From Eledone cirrhosa (Eukaryota): DNA of 64,000 nt. The translations under genes and the position numbers were made by a program. Below are positions 38,061 through 52,600 of the stretch, piece by piece (positions within the stretch are counted from its first letter, which is position 1; each line of letters begins with the position of its first letter). The stretch spans positions 297,290,001-297,354,000 of the forward strand of contig OZ024743.1 in assembly GCA_964016885.1 (NCBI GenBank), read 5' to 3'. The notes beneath the pieces are model-generated. The model was not told where the DNA came from. It saw nothing but the letters and a program-made list of their open reading frames with translations, and searched no databases.

Positions 38061-38966
38061 CGAACCCCATTTGGGGTATCAGGATATGTAATCTTTGTGT
38101 ATCCATCCCACGCCTCCCAGGATAGGTCGCATGTCCATCGCTAGTTCTTGCAGCATGAGATGGAGACTGAAATATATTTTTCGAACAGGCCCCTCTACCA
38201 AAGGCCTGAAGGCGTCTTTTGTTAATCCGCGCAAAGGACGACGCAAAATGATTGCTGTTATTGCCTCTAGTTATATTGCAGTTTCGGTAGTCTCATTTGC
38301 ACCAGTCACCAATTCTGTACTTATCTCAGACCCGCGAAGACTAGGCATTCTTAGCGGCGGCATTTACTCGCATCTTCGTAGCTACATCACTTAGTTGTGA
38401 GAGGTTTCTTGGGAGCTATCAGTATCACCCATTGCTCCATCTCCCTAGTAGTTTATCATTGTTGGTCTGGGTTTGCTTATTCATCTGGCTGGAGCCCGCT
38501 TATACTGAAACTAACCATCACATCTAGTGGCCATACTCTACTGAGAATACAAGTAACGCGACCACTTCATTTTCCTGGAATAATAGCTGAGGGAGTGAAA
38601 AGGTATAAAGAAGTTCGTCATCTATCTAAATCAAAGCATACAAACCTGAATTTATCAATCCTACTCTAATCACAAGGTCATGCGCTCTCATGTTATAGGA
38701 AGTTAAGTTATTTGATGAACTTTATTTATCTGTCAGAATTAACTGAAACAAGAGGAAAAGCGTTTTAAAATGATTTTATTTTCCGTTTTATATGTTATCA
38801 ACGAATACGTTGTCTTCAACAATTTTAAAACAACATATCCTGATCCGTAAAGTTCGAAAAGTTATCAAAAGACGTTATATTTTAACCTTTCGTACTTGAC
38901 ATAAAACTGCTTTTCTTTGAAATCTTGATCCGTTTAGCTCTTTATCGAAACCGGGGTCGAAACTGA

Positions 38967-39128
<162 letters not shown>

Positions 39129-41804
39129 ATGTACGTACACACATACACATCTATTTATTTAGTAAAGTTGATTCATTCTTTGCAAGATAACATCCGAAGC
39201 CAAATTCCTTTTAAATTTAAACATCGTGTAATGATTTAAAAGAAAATATTTAAAAACAATTTTATGGTTCAAAACATTTATAGTATTTTACTAGTAGAAA
39301 AATCCTTGTGAAAATTTGCAGTATTAAAGTAACAGCTTAAATGTTTAATGTGATGTAATCATAGTGTTGTTAATGTGGTGTCTTTTGGTACAGGCTGTGA
39401 AGAATTAAATTACAACCTGGAAAAACATAGAATGATATATTGAGCAATGATGCCTATGTCTGAAAAATAGATGCCCTATGTCTGAAAAAAAGGTAAGAAG
39501 ATGGTCACAGCTGGAACATCTATAAACATAGGTATGTATGAATGGATCGGTAACTTCTGAAGGAGTTGTAGGGGCACCGTATTGACATATTTAGGATATT
39601 TTAAAACCTGGCGCATCTCCTCTCCAGGTCTGAATATAGCACATTTCTTCCAGAGAAGGATAGAGAGTGAGAGAATGGAAGTGAGAAAGAGATATAGAAG
39701 AAGAACCAACTCCAGTACTAGACTCGTGCTTTTTTTATCGACCTTGAATGGATGATAGGGAAAATTGACCTCGGCGGGATCTGAACTCAGATAGTAAAGC
39801 CGAAACGAACACCTTAAATGGACCTCCGTCGGCTTCGATGGAAACTGTTCGAGTTGTTCAATCAATTGATGTCTAAGTGTCTGAACATACCACGGATCTG
39901 AGCACACTGAACATAATTCTCAGAGAGATACAATGGGACATTGTGTGACATGACTGGCTCTATGAATTACAGTCCATCCACTAGGATTCCAAACAGTTTC
40001 CGTCACCTTAACTATTCGGCTATGCTATGTTCACACACGGTACACTCGAAAGTAATGAGTTGGTAAAATAATAAAGCACTGAAATAAATGCTTTACACGC
40101 GTTAATCGCCATCCTCTATTGCTACATGGTTGAGACGCAATAATATAAATAATATGCAATTTCAACGAAGATGCTATTGTTTAACCCCAGATCAACCCTA
40201 ACGTAGCTGACCATTGACCAAAGGTATTCCAGCCCTGACCATCACGTCGTTTTCCCATGCATAATGTACATAAGCAAAACCATACTTTATTGAAGTGGTT
40301 TGAAGTAAATTTGGCTGCTATCTCTAGCTGTTCATGAGACCATGTACAGGATCCCTGTTTGGTTCCTTGTCAACCAAAATGTAGTCAAGGATGGCCTCTA
40401 ACTCTTCACTTTTATGTTTCCCTTTTTACTTAATAGTTAAGGAAGAAATGGCAATGCCCATAGCACGTTTCAGGGCATCCGAGATTGATGGGAGGAAGTG
40501 CAGGATATATTCTCAAACCAAAGACCAAACCTGCTAATGGTATCCAAGGACCAGGTGGGGGTGTTAAACTGGGTAATTGATTAAGTCTACCGTCCAAATA
40601 AGTCACAGCTTAATTTGAACTCAAAACATAAAGAATCCAAACAAATAGCGTAAAATATCTCGTCCAATGCTCTGACAATTCCGCCGAACCACCGTCTTGG
40701 ACTCGTACTTAATTTTCTTAATTCCGAGAGGGTTAAGACAAAATCGGCCTCGGCGGGATTTGAACTCGGAGCACAGAGAATCGGATCGAAAACTGACACA
40801 GCCAATTCGCAGCCTATTTTTTGATCTTGACAGAATTTGAACTCAGATTATTTTGTCCGATTATATAATTCACTACTCTTTACATTCTTGTAAATTAAAA
40901 CTAGAAAGTAAAAATAATAGTAAGACAAGTAAATTAAAAATATCTTGGGGAACTAATTTTCTTTCGTGATTGAAACTAGAAACAGTTATCATTTTACGTC
41001 AGACGAAGAACGCATCTTATAAGAGTACAAAATAGAGTACAAAATAGCCCCTCCCCTCAACCTTGGTACTCTTCTAGCTGAGAAAATTGTCTAAAAGTCT
41101 AAAGTCCGGTCGGTACTTATCCTGGTTACTGTGGCGTTAAGCGATTGGGAGTTCAAGACTTCTGGACAAAACGGCAGTCAATCGCATGGTTTAACTTCCA
41201 TCTCTTGCTGGTCCTCGTTTACAGCTGAGTATGAAATGAAGTGTTTTACTCAAGAACACAACATAGTCTAAGAATCGAACCCACGACGTTATGATCGCAC
41301 TTACCACCATTACCACCATTACCACCGAGCAAGAAAACTGGAACAACATGAAATGAAATGCTTTGTGCAAGGCTACATCGCATCACTCGGTCTGAAAACT
41401 GAACTCGTGGCCTTTTGATGGTGAGCCAAACACCTTAACCACTAGGCAACGTGCATCCAGCCAGAAACAAGTATGTTAAAATCTTCACTATATTGGTTCC
41501 AAGTAGTGAAATTACATACGTTGTTTACGAGAAAGTGACTGGAAACTATATAATTTATCTAGAGAGATGAAGACAACCAGCTAGTCAAGAATATGTACAA
41601 TATTAGGCTGTTTCACACAATTAGTAGTGTGTTAGAATAATAATCACACTGTCAGTGGTTGAACAACTGCGGGCGTACAAATACTAGACTAGATAGTGGA
41701 GAGAATGAAATATATCCAGACTGTCACATAGAGGCGGACTGGCCATACGGGCATTTCAGTAATGACCTGTGGGCCGAGAGTTTGGGGGAAAAAAGAAACA
41801 AAAA

Positions 41805-41839
<35 letters not shown>

Positions 41840-42336
41840 GACAGCTAAAAAAAATGTTACAGAAAATTGAAGTCATAGCCGCAGCACAAAGATTGAAAAT
41901 AAAATGAAATGTGCCTTAGTCGAGCAATGAAAACACACCTCTGATCCTCGGTAGGCAGCAATCTATGTCACGTTGACCAGATGTCCAGGCTGTTTTGAAA
42001 ACCAGTCCGCTTCTATTGGCACACTGCACCACATACTGCATGTCGGAGTGAGCAACATAGTCGGCGGCTTCGGAAGGCTCGGGGCCTGGAGAGCCATGGA
42101 GATTGCTCGTGAATATCTGACTGCTCAGCCACCCTACAACATTTTGCATTTTGAGCGCTTTCGCCCCATCCACTAAGGAGAGAAAACAAGTTTGTTCCGC
42201 CTTGCAAACATTTTCTCGGAGGCCATGCCTACCTTCCATATACCAGCTCAAGCAGCGCTAACCTGAGGCTTTACAACAACTACTGATCTACGAGCTGTCA
42301 ACAAACAACCTCCGCTGGTCATTTCATCTCTTATTT

Positions 42337-42524
42337 AATAATTGTTTCTACTTTTGGCACAAGGCCAGCAATTATCCCAGTGCATTACTGGTACTTTATT
42401 TTATCGACCCCGTAAAGATGAAAGGCAAAGTTAACCTCGGGGGGATTGGAACTCAGAACGAAAAAGGGCCATAACTCTATACTGCAAAGTATGGCGACCG
42501 ACCCTCTACCGATACTGCCAATCC
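42337..42524 (-). mobile_element. SINE family S1, slightly 5'-truncated
   Basis: Reverse-complement copy with TTAATAAT on both sides. More decayed copies lie at about 39710-39790 and 40640-40790. Confidence 0.88.
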
Positions 42525-43119
42525 TTAATAATAAGTTTAAATTACCACGCAGTATTCCAGTAACAGTTATTAAAGAGGTTAATATTTTCATCTAACATCG
42601 TTTGTAACCTGAAATTTGAAAGCATGTTAGGTCTAGGTCAGTAGCATAAGTATAGAGCAAGAGTGTGGTACTTCTGGTCAATTTTGATGTGCATTATGTT
42701 AATCATGGATCACCCTGGATAGCACAAACTCTAGCTATGCCACTTCTCCAGGTATATATATATAAACAACCTTTATATCTATTGCAAAGTGGTCGGTAAC
42801 ATACTTGAGGCAATGAGCTAAGACATTTTAATTAATTAAAATTACACACATAATGACGGAAACAATATAATCATTATGTTAACGACTGATTCGTATCAAA
42901 ACAAGCAACGGAGACAACTTCAGATTTTAAATTAATTAAAATTAATTTATTATAGGATGCAGCGACAATTCCGGATTGTGAAATTTTATCGATATGATTA
43001 TCTGTTCAATGGTCTCAATGATATTATGGTATTTTGCATTGTTAGAGAAATATTGCACAAACAAGATGAAAGGTTACTAATTAAGCACGATCGTAACCTT
43101 GTTTTTATTTCATAGTCCA

Positions 43120-43445
43120 AGGAATAGCTAAATGGTTAAGAAGTTTACCTCGAAATCACTAGGTTCTGTGTTCGATCCCACTATATGGAATCTAGAGCCC
43201 TTAACGTAATTTTCAAGGATATTTAGCTTAACACAGTGTGTCACAAGACTTGCTCTTTAGATTACGGGTACCACGTTTTCGTAAACCCATTTCACTCACA
43301 AGACTTGAATCGGCTCGAAGTTATGATAAATGACACTTGGCCAAGATTCAATATAGTGTCTGTGAAATACGTTCGTTTCACGAGCAGTTTGTTTATTCTA
43401 TTGATCAAATAACTAGAACATTCATCGTCTAAATCGGTGAAGGTC
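43120..43445 (+). mobile_element. Decayed CORE-type SINE
   Basis: TAGCTAAATGGTTAAG ... GTTCGATCCC head. Tail TTTCACGAGCAG..TTGATC resembles the reverse complement of 32580-32660. Confidence 0.55.
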
Positions 43446-43606
43446 CATTCCCAAGGAATAAGGAGCTGTGCCCGTAGTCATTTCATTCCTTCCTAAATTA
43501 GTTGTCGACGCAAATCTACTGTGACGGGAACCTCTTTAGAATCGTTTCAGAATTAGCGAGCTGAGAGAGTTCATTGAAGTTGAATATCTGAATACAGAGT
43601 TTGATA

Positions 43607-46600
43607 AGTGCCGCGTGTAAGAGTTGGGAGAGGAGATACCAGTGACGTATGTAAGAGTTAGGAGAGGAGATACCAGTGACGTATGTAAGAGTTAGGAGAG
43701 GAGATACCAGTGACGTATGTAAGAGTTAGGAGAGGAGATATCAGTGACGTATGTCAGAGTTAGGAAGGAGATACCAGTGCCGAATGTAAGTGTTACGAGA
43801 GGAGATACCAGTGACGTATGTAAGAGCTAGGGGAGGAGATACCAGTGACGTATGTAAGAGTTAGGAGAGGAGATACGAGTGCCGTATGTAAGAGTTAGGG
43901 GAGGAGATACCAGTGACGTATGTAAGAGCTAGGGGAGGAGATACCAGTGACGTATGTAAGAGTTAGGAGAGGAGATACCAGTGACGTATGTAAGAGTCAG
44001 GAGAGGAGATACCAGTGACGTATGTAAGAGTTAGGAGAGGAGATACCAGTGACGTATGTAAGAGTTACGAGAGGAGATACCAGTGACGTATGTAAGTGTT
44101 ATGAGAGGAGATATCAGTGACGTATGTAAGAGTTAGGAGAGGAGATACCAGTGAAGTATGTAAGAGTTAGGAGGGGAGATACCAGTGACGTATGTAAGAG
44201 TTAGGAGAGGAGATACCAGTGACGTATGTAAGAGTTAGGAGAGGAGATACCAGTGACGTATGTAAGAGTTAGGAGAGGAGATACCAGAGACGTATGGAAG
44301 AGTTAGGAAGGAGATATCAGTGACGTATGTAAGAGTTAGGAGAGGAGATACCAGTGACGTATGTAAGTGTTACGAGAGGAGATACCAGTGACGTATGTAA
44401 GAGTTAGGGGAGGAGATACCAGTGACGTATGTAAGAGTTAGGAGAGGAGATACCAGTGACGTATGTAAGAATTAGGAGAGGAGATACCAGTGACGTATGG
44501 AAGAGTTAGGAAGGAGATGTCAGTGACGTATGTAAGAGTTAGGAGAGGAGATACCAGTGACGTATGTAAGTGTTACGAGAGGAGATACCAGTGACGTATG
44601 TAAGAGTTACGAGAGGAGATACCAGTGACGTATGTAAGTGTTATGAGAGGAGATATCAGTGACGTATGTAAGAGTTAGGAGAGGAGATACCAGTGACATA
44701 TGTAAGAGTTAGGAGAGGAGATACCAGTGACGTATGTAAGAGTTAGGAGAGGAGATACCAGTGACGTATGTAAGAGTTAGGAGAGGAGATACCAGTGACG
44801 TATGGAAGAGTTAGGAAGGAAAAATCAGTGACGTATGTAAGAGTTAGCAAGGAGATACCAGTGAGGTATGTAAGAGTTAGGGGAGGAGATACCAGTGACG
44901 TATGTAAGAGTTAGGAGAGGAGATACCAGTGACGTATGTAAGAGTTAGGAGAGGAGATACCAGTGACGTATGGAAGAGTTAGGAAGGAGATATCAGTGAC
45001 GTATGTAAGAGTTAGGAGAGGAGATACCAGTGACGTATGTAAGAGTTGGGAGAGGAGATACCAGTGACGTATGTAAGAGTTAGGAGAGGAGATACCAGTG
45101 ACGTTTGTAAGAGTTAGGAGAGAAGATACCAGTGACGTATGTAAGAGTTAGGAGAGGAGATACCAGTGACGTATGTAAGAGTTAGGAAGGAGATATCAGT
45201 GACGTATGTAAGAGTTAGGAGAGGAGATACCAGTGACGTATGTAAGAGTTCGGAGAGGAGATACCAGTGACGTATGTAAGTGTTAGGGGAGGAGATATCA
45301 GTGACGTATGTAAGAGTTAGGAGAGGAGATACCAGTGAAGTATGTAAGAGTTAGGAGGGGAGATACCAGTGACGTATGTAAGAGTTAGGGGAGGAGATAC
45401 CAGTGACGTATGTAAGAGTTAGGAGAGGAGATACCAGTGACGTATGTAAGAGTTAGGAGAGGAGATATCAGTGACGTATGTCAGAGTTAGGAAGGAGATA
45501 CCAGTGCCGAATGTAAGTGTTACGAGAGGAGATACCAGTGACGTATGTAAGAGCTAGGAGAGGAGATACCAGTGACGTATGTAAGAGTTAGGAGAGGAGA
45601 TACGAGTGCCGTATGTAAGAGTTAGGGGAGGAGATACCAGTGACGTATGTAAGAGTTAGGAGAGGAGATACCAGTGACGTATGTAAGAGCTAGGGGAGGA
45701 GATACCAGTGACATATGTAAGAGTTAGGAGAGGAGATACCAGTGACGTATGTAAGAGTCAGGAGAGGAGATACCAGTGACGTATGTAAGAGTTAGGAGAG
45801 GAGATACCAGTGACGTATGTAAGAGTTACGAGAGGAGATACCAGTGACGTATGTAAGTGTTATGAGAGGAGATATCAGTGACGTATGTAAGAGTTAGGAG
45901 AGGAGATACCAGTGAAGTATGTAAGAGTTAGGAGGGGAGATACCAGTGACGTATGTAAGAGTTAGGAGAGGAGATACCAGTGACGTATGTAAGAGGTAGG
46001 AGAGGAGATACCAGTGACGTATGTAAGAGTTAGCAGAGGAGATACCAGTGACGTATGGAAGAGTTAGGAAGGAGATATCAGTGACGTATGTAAGAGTTAG
46101 CAAGGAGATACCAGTGACGTGTGTAAGAGTTAGGGGAGGAGATACCAGTGACGTATGTAAGAGTTAGGAGAGGAGATACCAGTGACGTATGTAAGAATTA
46201 GGAGAGGAGATACCAGTGACGTATGGAAGAGTTAGGAAGGAGATGTCAGTGACGTATGTAAGAGTTAGGAGAGGAGATACCAGTGACGTATGTAAGAGCT
46301 AGGGGAGGAGATACCAGTGACGTATGTAAGAGTTAGGAGAGGAGATATCAGTGACGTATGTAAGTGTTACGAGAGGAGATACCAGTGACGTATGTAAGAG
46401 TTACGAGAGGAGATACCAGTGACGTATGTAAGAGTTAGGAGAGGAGATATCAATGACGTATGTAAGAGTTAGGAGAGGAGATACCAGTGACGTATGTAAG
46501 TGTTACGAGAGGAGATATCAGTGACGTATGTAAGTGTTAGGGGAGGAGATACCAGTGACGTTTGTAAGAGTTAGGAGAGGAGATACCAGTGACGTATGTA

Positions 46601-49600
46601 AGAGTTAGGAAAGGAGATATCAATGACGTATGTAAGAGTTAGGAGAGGAGATACCAGTGACGTATGTAATAGTTAGGAGAGGAGATACCAGTGACGTATG
46701 TAAGTGTTACGAGAGGAGATACCAGTGACGTATGTAAGTGTTACGAGAGGAGATACCAGTGACGTAAGTAAGAGTTAGGGGAGGAGATACCAGTGACGTA
46801 TGTAAGAGTTAGGGGAGGAGATACCAGTGACGTATGTAAGAGTTAGGAGAGGAGATACCAGTGACGTATGTAAGAGTTAGGGGAGGAGATAACAGTGACG
46901 TATGTAAGAGTTAGGAGAGGAGATACCAGTGCCGTATGTAAGAGTTAGGGGAGGAGATACCAGTGACGTATGTAAGAGTTAAGGGAGGAGATACCAGTGC
47001 CGTATGTAAGAGTTAGGGGAGGAGATACCAGTGACGTATGTAAGAGTTAGGGGAGGAGATACCAGTGACGTATGTAAGAGTTAGGGGAGGAGATACCAGT
47101 GACGTATGTAAGAGTTAGGAGAGGAAATACCAGTGACGTATGTAAGAGTTAGGGGAGGAGATACCAGTGACGTATGTAAGAGTTAGGAGAGGAGATACCA
47201 GTGACGTATGTAAGAGTTAGGGGAGGAGATACCAGTGACGTATGTAAGAGTTAGGAGAGGAAATACCAGTGACGTATGTAAGAGTTAGGGGAGGAGATAC
47301 CAGTGACGTATGTAAGAGTTAGGAGAGGAGATACCAGTGCCGTATGTAAGAGTTAGGGGAGGAGATACCAGTGACGTATGTAAGAGTTAGGAAGGAGATA
47401 TCAGTGACGTATGTCAGAGTTAGGAGAGGAGATACCAGTGACGTATGTAAGTGTTAGGAGAGGAGATACCAGTGACGTATGTAAGTGTTACGAGAGGAGA
47501 TACCAGTGACGTATGTAAGTGTTATGGGAGGAGATACCAGTGACGTATGTAAGAGTTAGGAGAGGAGATACCAGTGACGTATGTAAGAGTTAGGAGAGGA
47601 GATACCAGTGACGTATGTAAGAGTTAGGGGAGGAGATACCAGTGACGTATGTAAGTGTTATGGGAGGAGATACCAGTGACGTATGTAAGAGTTACGAGAG
47701 GAGATACCAGTGACGTCTGTAAGAGTTAGGAGAGGAGATACCAGTGACGTATGTAAGAGTTAGGAGAGGAGATTCCAGTGACGTACGTAAGAGTTAGGAG
47801 AGGAGATACCAGTGACGTATGGAAGAGTTAGGAAGGAGATATCAGTGACGTATGTAAGAGTGAGGAATGGATATACCAGTGACGTATGGAAGAGTTAGGA
47901 AGGAGATATCAGTGACGTATGTAAGAGTTAGGAGAGGAGATACCAGTGACGTATGTAAGAGTTAAAAGAGGAGATACCAGTGACGTATGTAAGAGTTAGG
48001 AGAGGAGATACCAGTGACGTATGGAAGAGTTAGGAAGGAGATATCAGTGACGTATGTAAGAGTTAGCAAGGAGATACCAGTGACGTATGTAAGAGTTAGG
48101 GGAGGAGATACCAGTGACGTATGTAAGAGTTAGGAGAGGAGATACCAGTGACGTATGTAAGAATTAGGAGAGGAGATACCAGTGACGTATGGAAGAGTTA
48201 GGAAGGAGATGTCAGTGACGTATGTAAGAGTTAGGAGAGGAGATACCAGTGACGTATGTAAGAGCTAGGGGAGGAGATACCAGTGACGTATGTAAGAGTT
48301 AGGAGAGGAGATATCAGTGACGTATGTAAGTGTTACGAGAGGAGATACCAGTGACGTATGTAAGAGTTACGAGAGGAGATACCAGTGACGTATGTAAGAG
48401 TTAGGAGAGGAGATATCAATGACGTATGTAAGAGTTAGGAGAGGAGATACCAGTGACGTATGTAAGTGTTACGAGAGGAGATATCAGTGACGTATGTAAG
48501 TGTTAGGGGAGGAGATACCAGTGACGTTTGTAAGAGTTAGGAGAGGAGATACCAGTGACGTATGTAAGAGTTAGGAAAGGAGATATCAATGACGTATGTA
48601 AGAGTTAGGAGAGGAGATACCAGTGACGTATGTAATAGTTAGGAGAGGAGATACCAGTGACGTATGTAAGTGTTACGAGAGGAGATACCAGTGACGTATG
48701 TAAGTGTTACGAGAGGAGATACCAGTGACGTAAGTAAGAGTTAGGGGAGGAGATACCAGTGACGTATGTAAGAGTTAGGGGAGGAGATACCAGTGACGTA
48801 TGTAAGAGTTAGGAGAGGAGATACCAGTGACGTATGTAAGAGTTAGGGGAGGAGATACCAGTGACGTATGTAAGAGTTAGGAGAGGAGATACCAGTGCCG
48901 TATGTAAGAGTTAGGGGAGGAGATACCAGTGACGTATGTAAGAGTTAAGGGAGGAGATACCAGTGCCGTATGTAAGAGTTAGGGGAGGAGATACCAGTGA
49001 CGTATGTAAGAGTTAGGGGAGGAGATACCAGTGACGTATGTAAGAGTTAGGAGAGGAGATACCAGTGACGTATGTAAGAGTTAGGGGAGGAGATACCGGT
49101 GACGTATGTAAGAGTTAGGAGAGGAAATACCAGTGACGTATGTAAGAGTTAGGGGAGGAGATACCAGTGACGTATGTAAGAGTTAGGAGAGGAGATACCA
49201 GTGCCGTATGTAAGAGTTAGGGGAGGAGATACCAGTGACGTATGTAAGAGTTAGGAAGGAGATATCAGTGACGTATGTCAGAGTTAGGAGAGGAGATACC
49301 AGTGACGTATGTAAGTGTTAGGAGAGGAGATACCAGTGACGTATGTAAGTGTTACGAGAGGAGATACCAGTGACGTATGTAAGTGTTATGGGAGGAGATA
49401 CCAGTGACGTATGTAAGAGTTAGGAGAGGAGATACCAGTGACGTATGTAAGAGTTAGGAGAGGAGATACCAGTGACGTATGTAAGAGTTAGGGGAGGAGA
49501 TACCAGTGACGTATGTAAGTGTTATGGGAGGAGATACCAGTGACGTATGTAAGAGTTACGAGAGGAGATACCAGTGACGTCTGTAAGAGTTAGGAGAGGA

Positions 49601-52600
49601 GATACCAGTGACGTATGTAAGAGTTAGGAGAGGATATACCAGTGACGTATGGAAGAGTTAGGAAGGAGATATCAGTGACGTATGTAAGAGTTAGGAGAGG
49701 AGATACCAGTGACGTATGTAAGAGTTAAAAGAGGAGATACCAGTGACGTATGTAAGAGTTAGGAGAGGAGATACCAGTGACGTATGTAAGAGTTAGGAGA
49801 GGAGATTCCAGTGACGTACGTAAGAGTTAGGAGAGGAGATACCAGTGACGTATGGAAGAGTTAGGAAGGAGATATCAGTGACGTATGTAAGAGTTAGGAG
49901 AGGATATACCAGTGACGTATGGAAGAGTTAGGAAGGAGATATCAGTGACGTATGTAAGAGTTAGGAGAGGAGATACCAGTGACGTATGTAAGAGTTAAAA
50001 GAGGAGATACCAGTGACGTATGTAAGAGTTAGGAGAGGAGATACCAGTGACGTATGTAAGTGTTACGAGAGGAGATACCAGTGACGTATGTAAGAGTTAC
50101 GAGAGGAGATACCAGTGACGTATGTAAGTTTTATGAGAGGAGATATCAGTGACGTATGTAAGAGTTAGGAGAGGAGATACCAGTGACGTATGTAAGAGTT
50201 AGGAGAGGAGATACCATTGACGTATGTAAGAGTTAGGAGAGGAGATACCAGTGACGTATGGAAGAGTTAGGAAGGAGAAATCAGTGACGTATGTAAGAGT
50301 TAGCAAGGAGATACGAGTGACGTATGTAAGAGTTAGGGGAGGAGATACCAGTGACGTATGTAAGAGTTAGGAGAGGAGATACCAGTGACGTATGTAAGAG
50401 TTAGGAGAGGAGATACCAGTGACGTATGGAAGAGTTAGGAGAGGAAATACCAGTGACGTATGTAAGAGTTAGGGGAGGAGATACCAGTGACGTATGTAAG
50501 AGTTAGGAGAGGAGATACCAGTGACGTATGTAAGAGTTAGGGGAGGAGATACCAGTGACGTATGTAAGAGTTAGGAGAGGAAATACCAGTGACGTATGTA
50601 AGAGTTAGGGGAGGAGATACCAGTGACGTATGTAAGAGTTAGGAGAGGAGATACCAGTGCCGTATGTAAGAGTTAGGGGAGGAGATACCAGTGACGTATG
50701 TAAGAGTTAGGAAGGAGATATCAGTGACGTATGTCAGAGTTAGGAGAGGAGATACCAGTGACGTATGTAAGTGTTAGGAGAGGAGATACCAGTGACGTAT
50801 GTAAGTGTTACGAGAGGAGATACCAGTGACGTATGTAAGTGTTATGGGAGGAGATACCAGTGACGTATGTAAGAGTTAGGAGAGGAGATACCAGTGACGT
50901 ATGTAAGAGTTAGGAGAGGAGATACCAGTGACGTATGTAAGAGTTAGGGGAGGAGATACCAGTGACGTATGTAAGTGTTATGGGAGGAGATACCAGTGAC
51001 GTATGTAAGAGTTACGAGAGGAGATACCAGTGACGTCTGTAAGAGTTAGGAGAGGAGATACCAGTGACGTATGTAAGAGTTAGGAGAGGAGATTCCAGTG
51101 ACGTACGTAAGAGTTAGGAGAGGAGATACCAGTGACGTATGGAAGAGTTAGGAAGGAGATATCAGTGACGTATGTAAGAGTGAGGAATGGATATACCAGT
51201 GACGTATGGAAGAGTTAGGAAGGAGATATCAGTGACGTATGTAAGAGTTAGGAGAGGAGATACCAGTGACGTATGTAAGAGTTAAAAGAGGAGATACCAG
51301 TGACGTATGTAAGAGTTAGGAGAGGAGATACCAGTGACGTATGGAAGAGTTAGGAAGGAGATATCAGTGACGTATGTAAGAGTTAGCAAGGAGATACCAG
51401 TGACGTATGTAAGAGTTAGGGGAGGAGATACCAGTGACGTATGTAAGAGTTAGGAGAGGAGATACCAGTGACGTATGTAAGAATTAGGAGAGGAGATACC
51501 AGTGACGTATGGAAGAGTTAGGAAGGAGATGTCAGTGACGTATGTAAGAGTTAGGAGAGGAGATACCAGTGACGTATGTAAGAGCTAGGGGAGGAGATAC
51601 CAGTGACGTATGTAAGAGTTAGGAGAGGAGATATCAGTGACGTATGTAAGTGTTACGAGAGGAGATACCAGTGACGTATGTAAGAGTTACGAGAGGAGAT
51701 ACCAGTGACGTATGTAAGAGTTAGGAGAGGAGATATCAATGACGTATGTAAGAGTTAGGAGAGGAGATACCAGTGACGTATGTAAGTGTTACGAGAGGAG
51801 ATATCAGTGACGTATGTAAGTGTTAGGGGAGGAGATACCAGTGACGTTTGTAAGAGTTAGGAGAGGAGATACCAGTGACGTATGTAAGAGTTAGGAAAGG
51901 AGATATCAATGACGTATGTAAGAGTTAGGAGAGGAGATACCAGTGACGTATGTAATAGTTAGGAGAGGAGATACCAGTGACGTATGTAAGTGTTACGAGA
52001 GGAGATACCAGTGACGTATGTAAGTGTTACGAGAGGAGATACCAGTGACGTAAGTAAGAGTTAGGGGAGGAGATACCAGTGACGTATGTAAGAGTTAGGG
52101 GAGGAGATACCAGTGACGTATGTAAGAGTTAGGAGAGGAGATACCAGTGACGTATGTAAGAGTTAGGGGAGGAGATACCAGTGACGTATGTAAGAGTTAG
52201 GAGAGGAGATACCAGTGCCGTATGTAAGAGTTAGGGGAGGAGATACCAGTGACGTATGTAAGAGTTAAGGGAGGAGATACCAGTGCCGTATGTAAGAGTT
52301 AGGGGAGGAGATACCAGTGACGTATGTAAGAGTTAGGGGAGGAGATACCAGTGACGTATGTAAGAGTTAGGAGAGGAGATACCAGTGACGTATGTAAGAG
52401 TTAGGGGAGGAGATACCGGTGACGTATGTAAGAGTTAGGAGAGGAAATACCAGTGACGTATGTAAGAGTTAGGGGAGGAGATACCAGTGACGTATGTAAG
52501 AGTTAGGAGAGGAGATACCAGTGCCGTATGTAAGAGTTAGGGGAGGAGATACCAGTGACGTATGTAAGAGTTAGGAAGGAGATATCAGTGACGTATGTCA

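Noticed and set aside
38095-38669. Two short ORFs upstream of the RTE
   Set aside because: No recognisable domain. They may be RTE 5' sequence or another decayed TE.
45894-46103. ORF in the satellite; ATG-TAA and GTAAGT splice-like motifs in units
   Set aside because: Chance products of the repeat unit, with no support for coding or splicing.
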